Origin: Bdellovibrio sp.
GTDB taxonomy: Bacteria > Bdellovibrionota > Bdellovibrionia > Bdellovibrionales > Bdellovibrionaceae
Assembly: GCA_036676395.1 (NCBI GenBank)
Contig: JAKFCY010000002.1
Location: forward strand, 1,152,001-1,216,000
DNA length: 64,000 bases
Reading direction: 5' to 3'
The translations under genes and the position numbers were made by a program. The notes beneath the pieces were generated by a model. That model was not told the origin of the DNA and made no database searches. It saw nothing but the letters and a program-made list of their open reading frames with translations. Shown here piece after piece: positions 21,639 through 29,031 of this stretch; position 1 is the first letter of the stretch, and each line of letters opens with the position of its first letter.

Positions 21639-22205
21639 ATGAAAAGCTTAATTAATATTTCTATGACATTAGTTGCGGCATCTCTTGCAGCTACGGTATT
21701 TTCTGGCTGTGGCCCTTCGGGCAATCAACCCAATGTAGAGCTTATTCAGGATATGATGGAGTCTCCGGCGATCAAAGCGCAAGAGTATGACGAAGCCTCT
21801 CCGAATAAAGCAGGTATGCGCATTCCGCCAGAAGGCACTCAGCCGCAAGGTTTTGTTCCGTATAAATATTCTGATGCCATTGCGGCAGCAGCTAATCAAA
21901 ATCCATTAGCTGGTCAATACTCTGAAGAAGTTTTAAAAACCGGAACTAAATACTACACAATTCACTGTGCAGTTTGCCACGGTGCTAATGGTCAGGGCGG
22001 AGAACAAGCTTCTGTTGCTGAGACAATGGCTCTTAAGCCACCATCTTTAGTTTCTGATAAAGTTAAAGGTTGGACAGACGGCCAACTATATCACGTGATC
22101 ACTGCAGGGCAGGGTTTGATGGGTCCTTACGCGGCTCACATCCCACAAAAATACAGATGGCAAGTTGTTAATTATATTCGCCACTTACAGGGTAAAGGGA
22201 ACTAA
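21639..22205 (+). CDS. actE: Alternative complex III monoheme cytochrome c lipoprotein
   Basis: Lipobox FSGC, DMMESP, single CAVCH, G-x-M; start at ATG 21639. Confidence 0.88.
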   Translation: MKSLINISMTLVAASLAATVFSGCGPSGNQPNVELIQDMMESPAIKAQEYDEASPNKAGMRIPPEGTQPQGFVPYKYSDAIAAAANQNPLAGQYSEEVLKTGTKYYTIHCAVCHGANGQGGEQASVAETMALKPPSLVSDKVKGWTDGQLYHVITAGQGLMGPYAAHIPQKYRWQVVNYIRHLQGKGN

Positions 22206-22207
22206 TC

Positions 22208-23404
22208 ATGGGTTCATCGAATCATTCACATGAATTAAAATTAAGTAAATTCGAAGCGCCGCAACAGTTAAAAACTGCAATTTTTGCAGCGATGTTTATC
22301 GGTTTATTAGGATTAGTTTACGGGTTAATGAAGGCACCAGACCGCTTATGGACTTCTTACTTAGTGGCTTTTTTCTTTTTTGCAAGTTTGGCTTTAGGGG
22401 GAATGTTTTTTACTGCATTTAATCATGCAGCCAAAGCAGGTTGGTCAGCTTCAATTCGCCGTATTGCAGAAAGTTTTTCAAGCTTTTTACCGGCGATGTT
22501 AGTTGGAAGCTTTATCCTAATTTTAGGTTTTAAATATTTGTACCCTTGGGCTGATCCTGCACAAGCTCACAGATTAACGGGTGGCAAAGCATTATACTTA
22601 GCCCCGTGGTTTGTGATTTTGCGTTTAGTGATTTTTGGGGTAGGTTGCTTAATTTTCAAAAAGTTAATGGTTGGAAATTCACTGAAGCAAGATATCAATG
22701 GCGACCACTCGTTAACTCATAAAAACGTAGGAATTTCGATTGGTTTCATCGCTTTCTTTGCGATTTTCTTTACGTTGTTTACGATTGATTTATTGATGTC
22801 GTTATTGCCAAGTTGGTATTCAACGATCTTTGGAATCTACTTGTTAGGAGCTATGCTGCAATCAACAATGGCAGCATTAATTTTAATGATCATCTGGTTA
22901 CGCACTTCAAAATGGATGTCTGGTTACATCACTGAAGAGCATCAGCATGATGTGGGTAAATTCATGAAGGGCTTCACTGTTTTTTGGGCTTATATCGCGT
23001 TTTCTCAATTTATGTTAATTTGGTACGCTAATATTCCAGAAGAAACTGAGTTCTACTTAATGCGTTCACACAGTGGCTGGTTAGGCATTACGGTATCTTT
23101 ATTGATCTTTAGATTTGCTGTGCCATTCTTAGCATTATTACCTCGCGATGCTAAACGTAATAACTTTAACGTGGCGACTGTGGCTGTATTGGTTTTAGTT
23201 ATGCAATACGTGGATATTTACTGGTTAGTTTATCCGAATTTCTTTGATGGTGTGCCTCAGTTTGGGTTTCTTGAGATCAGCGTGTTCATCGGTTTTGCCG
23301 GCGTTTTCATGAAGTTAATGACTGGTTTTATGACTAAGAACAATCTTGTAGCGATTAAAGATCCTCGTATGCATGAGGCTTTGAATCACCACGTTACTTA
23401 CTAA
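22208..23404 (+). CDS. actF: Alternative complex III membrane subunit ActF
   Basis: DLLMSLLPSWYSTIFG and FWAYIAFSQFMLIWYANIPEET motifs. Confidence 0.9.
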   Translation: MGSSNHSHELKLSKFEAPQQLKTAIFAAMFIGLLGLVYGLMKAPDRLWTSYLVAFFFFASLALGGMFFTAFNHAAKAGWSASIRRIAESFSSFLPAMLVGSFILILGFKYLYPWADPAQAHRLTGGKALYLAPWFVILRLVIFGVGCLIFKKLMVGNSLKQDINGDHSLTHKNVGISIGFIAFFAIFFTLFTIDLLMSLLPSWYSTIFGIYLLGAMLQSTMAALILMIIWLRTSKWMSGYITEEHQHDVGKFMKGFTVFWAYIAFSQFMLIWYANIPEETEFYLMRSHSGWLGITVSLLIFRFAVPFLALLPRDAKRNNFNVATVAVLVLVMQYVDIYWLVYPNFFDGVPQFGFLEISVFIGFAGVFMKLMTGFMTKNNLVAIKDPRMHEALNHHVTY

Positions 23405-23432
23405 AAATTAAAGTTATTTCATTAAGTTTATT

Positions 23433-23458
23433 AAAAGCTCGCTTAGGCGAGCTTTTTT
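23433..23458 (+). terminator. Intrinsic terminator of the act operon
   Basis: AAAAGCTCGC-TTAG-GCGAGCTTTTTT. Confidence 0.85.
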
Positions 23459-23561
23459 CGTTTTACGAGATCTCGAGTCGGTCGACGGATTGCGCTTGGC
23501 GCTAGAGCGAATCTATTAGTAATAGACTTGGCTGGAGTATTGAAACTTTAGAAGGCTTCGG

Positions 23562-23587
23562 ATTTATAATGTATTTACATTGTAAAT
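23562..23587. promoter_or_regulatory. Putative TA operator overlapping a TATAAT -10 box
   Basis: ATTTATAATGTA-TT-TACATTGTAAAT: 12-bp inverted repeat with one mismatch, 15 nt upstream of the brnT ATG. Confidence 0.65.
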
Positions 23588-23602
23588 TATTTGGGGTATT
23601 CT

Positions 23603-23896
23603 ATGAATCAGTTTGAATTCGAATGGGATGAAGGTAAGGCGACAGTTAACCTTAAAAAGCATCAAGTTGCATTTTCTGAAGCCATTTCTGTCTGGCTAGA
23701 TTCTATGTCGCTAGAGATTTTTGATTCGGAACACTCGAACGATGAAGAACGTTGGGTACGATTAGGATTGTCGGCTAGGGCAAAGGTGTTAACCGTGGTT
23801 TATTGCGAAATAGTTAGTGGTCATCGAATTCGGCTTATTTCTGCAAGAAGAGCAACTTTGCAAGAAACCAAACAATATTTTCGGGGAGGCGTATGA
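23603..23896 (+). CDS. brnT: BrnT family ribonuclease toxin
   Basis: FEWDEGKATVNLKKHQVAFSEA, EERW and RIRLISARRAT motifs. Confidence 0.92.
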   Translation: MNQFEFEWDEGKATVNLKKHQVAFSEAISVWLDSMSLEIFDSEHSNDEERWVRLGLSARAKVLTVVYCEIVSGHRIRLISARRATLQETKQYFRGGV

Positions 23897-24144
23897 AAAA
23901 CGAGTACGATTTTTCTAAAGCTAAAAAAGGGAAAACGGCTAAAGATATTAAAGATCTGAAGGTTATTAAGACTATTCGATTGGATGCTGATGTACTTGCA
24001 TGGCTTGAAGTGGAAAGCGAAAAGCAAGGTATGGGATACCAAACTTATCTGAACTGGTTTTTGCGAAAATCAATGGAAGCCGGTGAGTCATTTGAAGAGC
24101 GTTTAGAAAAGCTTGAGAAGGCCGTCTTTAAGAAAAAATCTTAA
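23893..24144 (+). CDS. brnA: BrnA family antitoxin
   Basis: EYDFSKAK, TIRLDADVLAW and GYQTYLNWFLR motifs; ATGA overlap with the toxin gene. Confidence 0.9.
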   Translation: MKNEYDFSKAKKGKTAKDIKDLKVIKTIRLDADVLAWLEVESEKQGMGYQTYLNWFLRKSMEAGESFEERLEKLEKAVFKKKS

Positions 24145-24214
24145 TCACTGTAAAAGTCAGCCTCAAAACCCTTTAAAATGGCATCTTTACGGTTATTTTG
24201 GGGATTTTTGGGGC

Positions 24215-24243
24215 TTGAAATCGGCCTGAAATCGAAGCATACT
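24215..24243 (+). promoter_or_regulatory. Sigma70-type promoter for the thrS leader
   Basis: TTGAAA-17 nt-CATACT, 6 nt before the ATG at 24250. Confidence 0.65.
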
Positions 24244-24249
24244 TGATCC

Positions 24250-24282
24250 ATGCTATTTATAACTACGACCACCACATTTTAG
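24250..24282 (+). CDS. Putative thrS leader peptide MLFITTTTTF
   Basis: ATG CTA TTT ATA ACT ACG ACC ACC ACA TTT TAG: five consecutive Thr codons, ending 82 nt upstream of thrS. Confidence 0.75.
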   Translation: MLFITTTTTF

Positions 24283-24364
24283 TTCTCTTTCGAATGTCTA
24301 AAGCTCAATATCTTTCTATTATTAAAATTAAATACTACGCCATAAAAAATGGAAGCAGCTAAGA

Positions 24365-26344
24365 ATGTCGTCTCAAGAAATTAAAATTATATTACCTGAT
24401 AACTCTGTTAAAACTTTTGATCATGAACCTACTACTTTAGAAGTAGCGAACTCAATTGGTGCGCGCTTAGCTAAAGATACACTTGGGGCTAAGATCAATG
24501 GTTCATCTGATGTGATTGATTACCGTCTTCCATTAAAAGATGGAACTCGAGTTTCTATTGTTACAACTAAATCTCCTGAAGCTTTGGAAGTTGTTCGTCA
24601 CTCGGCGGCGCATTTGATGGCTCAGGCTGTTCAAGAGATTTGGCCTGAAGTTAAAGTGACTATTGGTCCTGTTGTTGAAAACGGATTTTATTACGACTTT
24701 GATTCTCCTTTTAATTTTACTGAAGAGCATTTTGAAAAAATTGAAAAGAAGATGGAAGAGATTCAGAAAAAAGATCTTCCGCTTGTTCGTGAGAACTGGC
24801 CAATCAATAAAGCGATTGAAGTGTTTCAATCTATGGGTGAGCGTTTTAAAGTTGAGTTGATTCAAGACTTGGCCTTAAAAGGTGAAACTGTTGTTGGTAT
24901 TTATCACCAAGGCACTTGGTTTGATCTTTGCCGTGGGCCTCACGTGCAATCGACGGGTCAAATTAAAGCTTTTAAATTGATGTCTGTTGCAGGAGCTTAT
25001 TGGAAGGGTGATCAAGCCAACCAAATGCTTCAACGTGTGTATGCGACTGCATTTCAAGATAAAAAAGAATTAGACGAATATTTAAAAAATATTGAAGAAG
25101 CTAAAAAGCGTGATCATCGTAAACTTGGTAAAGAGCTTGGAATGTTTACGTTCCATCCTTGGGCTCCGGGTTCTCCGTTTTTTACTGGTCGTGGTGCTGT
25201 GGTTTATAATGAACTGCAAAAGTACCTACGCGAATTATATTTTAAATATGGTTATAACGAAGTTATTACTCCGCAGATTTTTGATGCTGAGTTATTTAAA
25301 ACTTCAGGCCATTTAGCGAACTATAAAGATAATATGTTTTTCACGAAAGTGGATGAGCGTGATTTTGGTTCAAAGCCTATGAACTGCCCATCGCACTGTT
25401 TACTATTTGCTTCAGAAAAGTATTCATACCGTGATCTTCCGTATCGTATGGCTGATTTTGGTCGCTTGCACAGATATGAAGTATCAGGTGCATTATCTGG
25501 TTTAACTCGTGTTCGTACTTTCTGTCAGGATGATGGCCACATCTTCTGCACGAAAGAACAATTGCAAGGCGAGATTAAAGGTTTCGTGCAAATGTTAAAC
25601 GAGATCTATCAAAAATTAGGAATGAGTGAGTACAAAGTTTATCTTTCAACTCGTCCTGAAAAACGTATGGGAACTGAAGAAGACTGGGATAAAGCCGAAG
25701 GTGCGTTATCACAAGCTTTAGAAAGTTTAAGTATTCCTTATGAAATTAATCCTGGTGATGGCGCGTTCTACGGGCCAAAACTTGATATCATGTTCGTTGA
25801 TGCTCTTAAACGCCCTTGGCAATTAGGAACTATTCAGTGTGATCCGAATCTTCCGCAGAATTTTCATTTAAAATACACTGGCGAAGATAACACTGAACAC
25901 ACTCCATTGATGCTTCACCGTGCGGTGTTGGGTTCATTAGAGCGCTTTATCGGGGTTTACTTAGAGCACACGGCCGGGCATTTACCAGTGTGGTTAGCGC
26001 CGACTCAGGTAACTATCTTGAATGTGACTGATCGTGTGAATGAGTTTTGCGATAAAGTAAAAGCTCATCTTCGCGAAAGCCAGATTCGTGTAGAATTTGA
26101 TAAGCGTAACGAAAAATTGAACTTCAAGATCCGTGAAGCTCAGCTGATGAAAGTGCCGTACATGATTATTGTCGGTGATAAAGAAGCTGAAGCAGGAACT
26201 GTTTCAATTCGTTTAAGTGATGGAACTTTACATAATAACATCGCGTGGGAAAAAGCCTGCGAGATGATAATAAATAATAGAAATGATAGACAGCTGAAAG
26301 CATCAATAGATGCCGAAGCTACGGCTCAAACTTTAGGAGGCTAG
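24365..26344 (+). CDS. thrS: Threonine--tRNA ligase
   Basis: TGS domain, RHSAAHLMAQA, DLCRGPHV, RDHRKLG, KPMNCP and GAFYGPKLD motifs. Confidence 0.98.
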   Translation: MSSQEIKIILPDNSVKTFDHEPTTLEVANSIGARLAKDTLGAKINGSSDVIDYRLPLKDGTRVSIVTTKSPEALEVVRHSAAHLMAQAVQEIWPEVKVTIGPVVENGFYYDFDSPFNFTEEHFEKIEKKMEEIQKKDLPLVRENWPINKAIEVFQSMGERFKVELIQDLALKGETVVGIYHQGTWFDLCRGPHVQSTGQIKAFKLMSVAGAYWKGDQANQMLQRVYATAFQDKKELDEYLKNIEEAKKRDHRKLGKELGMFTFHPWAPGSPFFTGRGAVVYNELQKYLRELYFKYGYNEVITPQIFDAELFKTSGHLANYKDNMFFTKVDERDFGSKPMNCPSHCLLFASEKYSYRDLPYRMADFGRLHRYEVSGALSGLTRVRTFCQDDGHIFCTKEQLQGEIKGFVQMLNEIYQKLGMSEYKVYLSTRPEKRMGTEEDWDKAEGALSQALESLSIPYEINPGDGAFYGPKLDIMFVDALKRPWQLGTIQCDPNLPQNFHLKYTGEDNTEHTPLMLHRAVLGSLERFIGVYLEHTAGHLPVWLAPTQVTILNVTDRVNEFCDKVKAHLRESQIRVEFDKRNEKLNFKIREAQLMKVPYMIIVGDKEAEAGTVSIRLSDGTLHNNIAWEKACEMIINNRNDRQLKASIDAEATAQTLGG

Positions 26345-26346
26345 CC

Positions 26347-27084
26347 ATTAATCAGTTTAACAATAATCGTCCAGCAGGTGGTGGCGGAACAGGTAAACCC
26401 CCAGGTGGTCCAAAACCAGGTGGATTCAACCGTTTCGACAGAGATAAAAAACGTGGAGACAAAGATGGTCTTCGTGTAAATCGCGACATTCGCGCCCCAC
26501 AAATTCGTGTGATCGATGAACTCGGCGAAATGCTGGGAGTAATGACTGTGCCAGAAGGTCTTCGTATTGCTGAAGATCGTGGGTTAGACCTGATCGAGAT
26601 CGGGCCTACGGCTTCGCCTCCAACTTGTAAAATCATGGACTACGGCAAGTACAAATACGAAAACAAGAAAAAAGCCGCAGCTTCACGTAAAAAACAAGTG
26701 ATCGTTGTCATTAAAGAAATTCAGGTTCGTCCAAGAACTGATGTTCACGATTTCGAAACTAAAATGAAACATGCTCGCAGATTCTTGTTAGAAGGCGATA
26801 AAGTAAAAGTAAATTTACGTTTTATGGGTCGCGAAATGTCACATCAAGAGATGGGCTTAGAAGTTATTAATCGCGCGATTGATTTCGTAAAAGATTTAGC
26901 TCTAGTTGAATCTAATCCGAAAACAGAAGGTAAAAACATGTTCACCATGCTTGCGCCTGATCCAATGAAGATTAAAGAATACTTAAAAGCAAATCCACCT
27001 AAGGGCCAAAAAGAAGTTCTTCCAGAACTTTCTAAAGAGGACTTATCGTCAACTTCACACACTGAAGAACAAGACGAAGATTAG
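26347..27084 (+). CDS. infC: Translation initiation factor IF-3 (AUU start, 245 aa)
   Basis: AGGAGG (26335-26340) 6 nt before an in-frame ATT at 26347; LRVNRDIRAPQIRVID, PPTCKIMDYGKYKYE and GDKVKV motifs. Confidence 0.95.
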   Translation: MNQFNNNRPAGGGGTGKPPGGPKPGGFNRFDRDKKRGDKDGLRVNRDIRAPQIRVIDELGEMLGVMTVPEGLRIAEDRGLDLIEIGPTASPPTCKIMDYGKYKYENKKKAAASRKKQVIVVIKEIQVRPRTDVHDFETKMKHARRFLLEGDKVKVNLRFMGREMSHQEMGLEVINRAIDFVKDLALVESNPKTEGKNMFTMLAPDPMKIKEYLKANPPKGQKEVLPELSKEDLSSTSHTEEQDED

Positions 27085-27121
27085 TCGGTGGCGCCTAGCC
27101 ATCCGCAATTAGAAAATTAAG

Positions 27122-27153
27122 AAGGGCTGGTTGAAAAACCGGCCCTTTGTTTT
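27122..27153. terminator. Intrinsic terminator after infC
   Basis: AAGGGCTGGTT-GAAA-AACCGGCCCTTTGTTT. Confidence 0.8.
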
Positions 27154-27477
27154 TTAGTCTAAGTTATTTACTTCGTATTCTGAATACACGCCAATTAAGT
27201 AGCTTTTATAACGACATTTTTCCATATCGATCTGAACTGAACCAATACGGTCAACTGGTCCGCTTATGCCGCCATCACCATCTTTTATGATGATGTTTGT
27301 CGAACGAATATTTCCCATTAATAACGAATGGCTGATGCCCACTTTTTTAGAGTTATAAAGTCTGGCAATTTCTAAAACTTTTTTCTCGACGATAGAATCA
27401 GCAACATCGTCGCCGCATTCTGCAAAAGTGATGTTTGTGAATAAAAGAATACCTAACAATGAAATTAGAATTTTCAT
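27154..27477 (-). CDS. Small hypothetical exported protein
   Basis: Signal peptide MKILISLLGILLFTNITFA, two Cys, GAGG SD. Confidence 0.65.
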   Translation of the reverse strand: MKILISLLGILLFTNITFAECGDDVADSIVEKKVLEIARLYNSKKVGISHSLLMGNIRSTNIIIKDGDGGISGPVDRIGSVQIDMEKCRYKSYLIGVYSEYEVNNLD

Positions 27478-27537
27478 AAAACCTCGCTGAATTAATACTA
27501 AATTGAAATTTAATCATTCAGCAAGGATATAGAGTTA

Positions 27538-28158
27538 TTATTTAATTTTATTCATCTGAAACGGGACATGGTAATTCTGTAAAATAACGCGGTCTACACA
27601 ATTTATGCCTTCGCATTTTTGCACGATCACATCACAGTTTTGTTTTAGTGTTTGGCCAGCTGTATGGTCGATGGCTACTAAAGTTCCAGTTGTAATCATT
27701 TGCTCGACTTGTTCGTTTGCAAAAACTTGTTTTGCACTTCCAAGTGCACTTGTGGTTGCCTGGTTAAAAGTTAAAATCATATCTTGCGTATTTTCGTTAC
27801 CGATAGCGCGAATACCTTTAATTGTTTCGGGCATGTGTTCCCAAACCTTTAAATCATCAGACGTGTAAGAATGATTAATAGTCGTAGCTGGAACCAACTT
27901 AGCGGTTAGCAAATCATTACGACCAGTTTGTTGCCAGTTGGTGCGATCATTAACGTTATTTAAATTATTAAAGATACGGCTTTTATCAAAAGTCACAAAA
28001 CCCATGCGCCCAGCTTCTTGATTTTCGCCCTTGCATTGATATTGAATAGTTACAGAAACTTTAACTTGGGATTCTATTTTTTGCAGTTCTTTAAGATAAT
28101 CATTTGCAAAAGCTGCTTGAGAGGCCACTAATGAAATTGCGAATATAAGTTTTGTCAT
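27538..28158 (-). CDS. Hypothetical exported protein
   Basis: Start moved to MTKLIF (28158) after AGGAG; signal peptide ending AFA; four Cys. Confidence 0.65.
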   Translation of the reverse strand: MTKLIFAISLVASQAAFANDYLKELQKIESQVKVSVTIQYQCKGENQEAGRMGFVTFDKSRIFNNLNNVNDRTNWQQTGRNDLLTAKLVPATTINHSYTSDDLKVWEHMPETIKGIRAIGNENTQDMILTFNQATTSALGSAKQVFANEQVEQMITTGTLVAIDHTAGQTLKQNCDVIVQKCEGINCVDRVILQNYHVPFQMNKIK

Positions 28159-28295
28159 TGAATTACTCCTGGTTAGTTCACTGAGCTGTGTTTTTGCAAA
28201 CGCAGGGCCTCGGCCAGAGAGGGTTATTTCGACTTGGAACATATAGTCTGTCTAGCATTTTGATAGAAGACTCGTTTTCGCGAGTTAACAGCGAT

Positions 28296-29009
28296 CTACT
28301 CGGGACAGATCAGTTTGGCTTCTTCGTCAGTGATTTTAATGTCATTGAATTTTTTAAATTTTTTCACTTTTTCGATAACGTGATTATATTCTTTGGTGTC
28401 GTTGCCATCAGTGTTTTTGCGCCAGTAGACTAAGGCTTTATCGTTGGACCAACTGCAGAATTGAATAAGGTTTATCACAGCCGCATAACCAGAAGCGTGC
28501 CAGCCATTCCAACAGTGTCCGTACATCGGCCCTGCGATTTCACCTTTGATGTGCTTGTGAACTTGCGTAAGTAGCGCATATTCGTTTCCGGATTTAAGAG
28601 AGGCTAATTGCAGGTAGTCGAGCTTTTGGTCTTTGCCACAAGTAATGATTTTTTCAGATTCGTCATAGTTGTCTTTATAAAAGTACATCGCTTCTGAAAA
28701 ACCCTGCTTGCAGAGGTTTTCTAGGCCTTCCAAAGGAAGGGGATTTTGGTTGTCGCGTTTTTTATTTTTATTAAATTTATTGTTAGCGCCACCGCGGTAA
28801 TAAATGCCATGAAGAACAGCGCGAAAATTACGAGTGCCGTAAAGTTCAGAATCGCCATTGCCTTTGTTGTCGGTTTGTTTTTTATAGACGTCATCAAGTG
28901 GGAAAAGCTTTTTGTATTTCGCTACTTGATCGCCTAAATTAAAAACCGGCTTGGTGTTGTTCGCCCAAGCCGGTAGAGAAAGAATCAGTATTAAGATAAA
29001 TCGCATCAT
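28296..29009 (-). CDS. Exported cysteine phosphatase-like protein (PTP/DSP fold, PFA-DSP/Siw14-like) with a CX5A loop
   Basis: NFRAVLHGIYYRGG and PMYGHCWNGWHASG resemble NF..V..GIYRSG and HCxxGxHRTG; signal peptide ending AWA. Confidence 0.65.
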   Translation of the reverse strand: MMRFILILILSLPAWANNTKPVFNLGDQVAKYKKLFPLDDVYKKQTDNKGNGDSELYGTRNFRAVLHGIYYRGGANNKFNKNKKRDNQNPLPLEGLENLCKQGFSEAMYFYKDNYDESEKIITCGKDQKLDYLQLASLKSGNEYALLTQVHKHIKGEIAGPMYGHCWNGWHASGYAAVINLIQFCSWSNDKALVYWRKNTDGNDTKEYNHVIEKVKKFKKFNDIKITDEEAKLICPE

Positions 29010-29031
29010 ACTGCGATTATATCAGTTTAAA

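Noticed and set aside
24145..24364. T-box riboswitch upstream of thrS
   Set aside because: No T-box consensus or terminator hairpin is visible and the leader is short; a Thr-codon leader ORF explains the region better.
26352..26636. 94-aa minus-strand ORF over the thrS-infC junction
   Set aside because: Antisense shadow of the AUU-initiated infC N-terminus.
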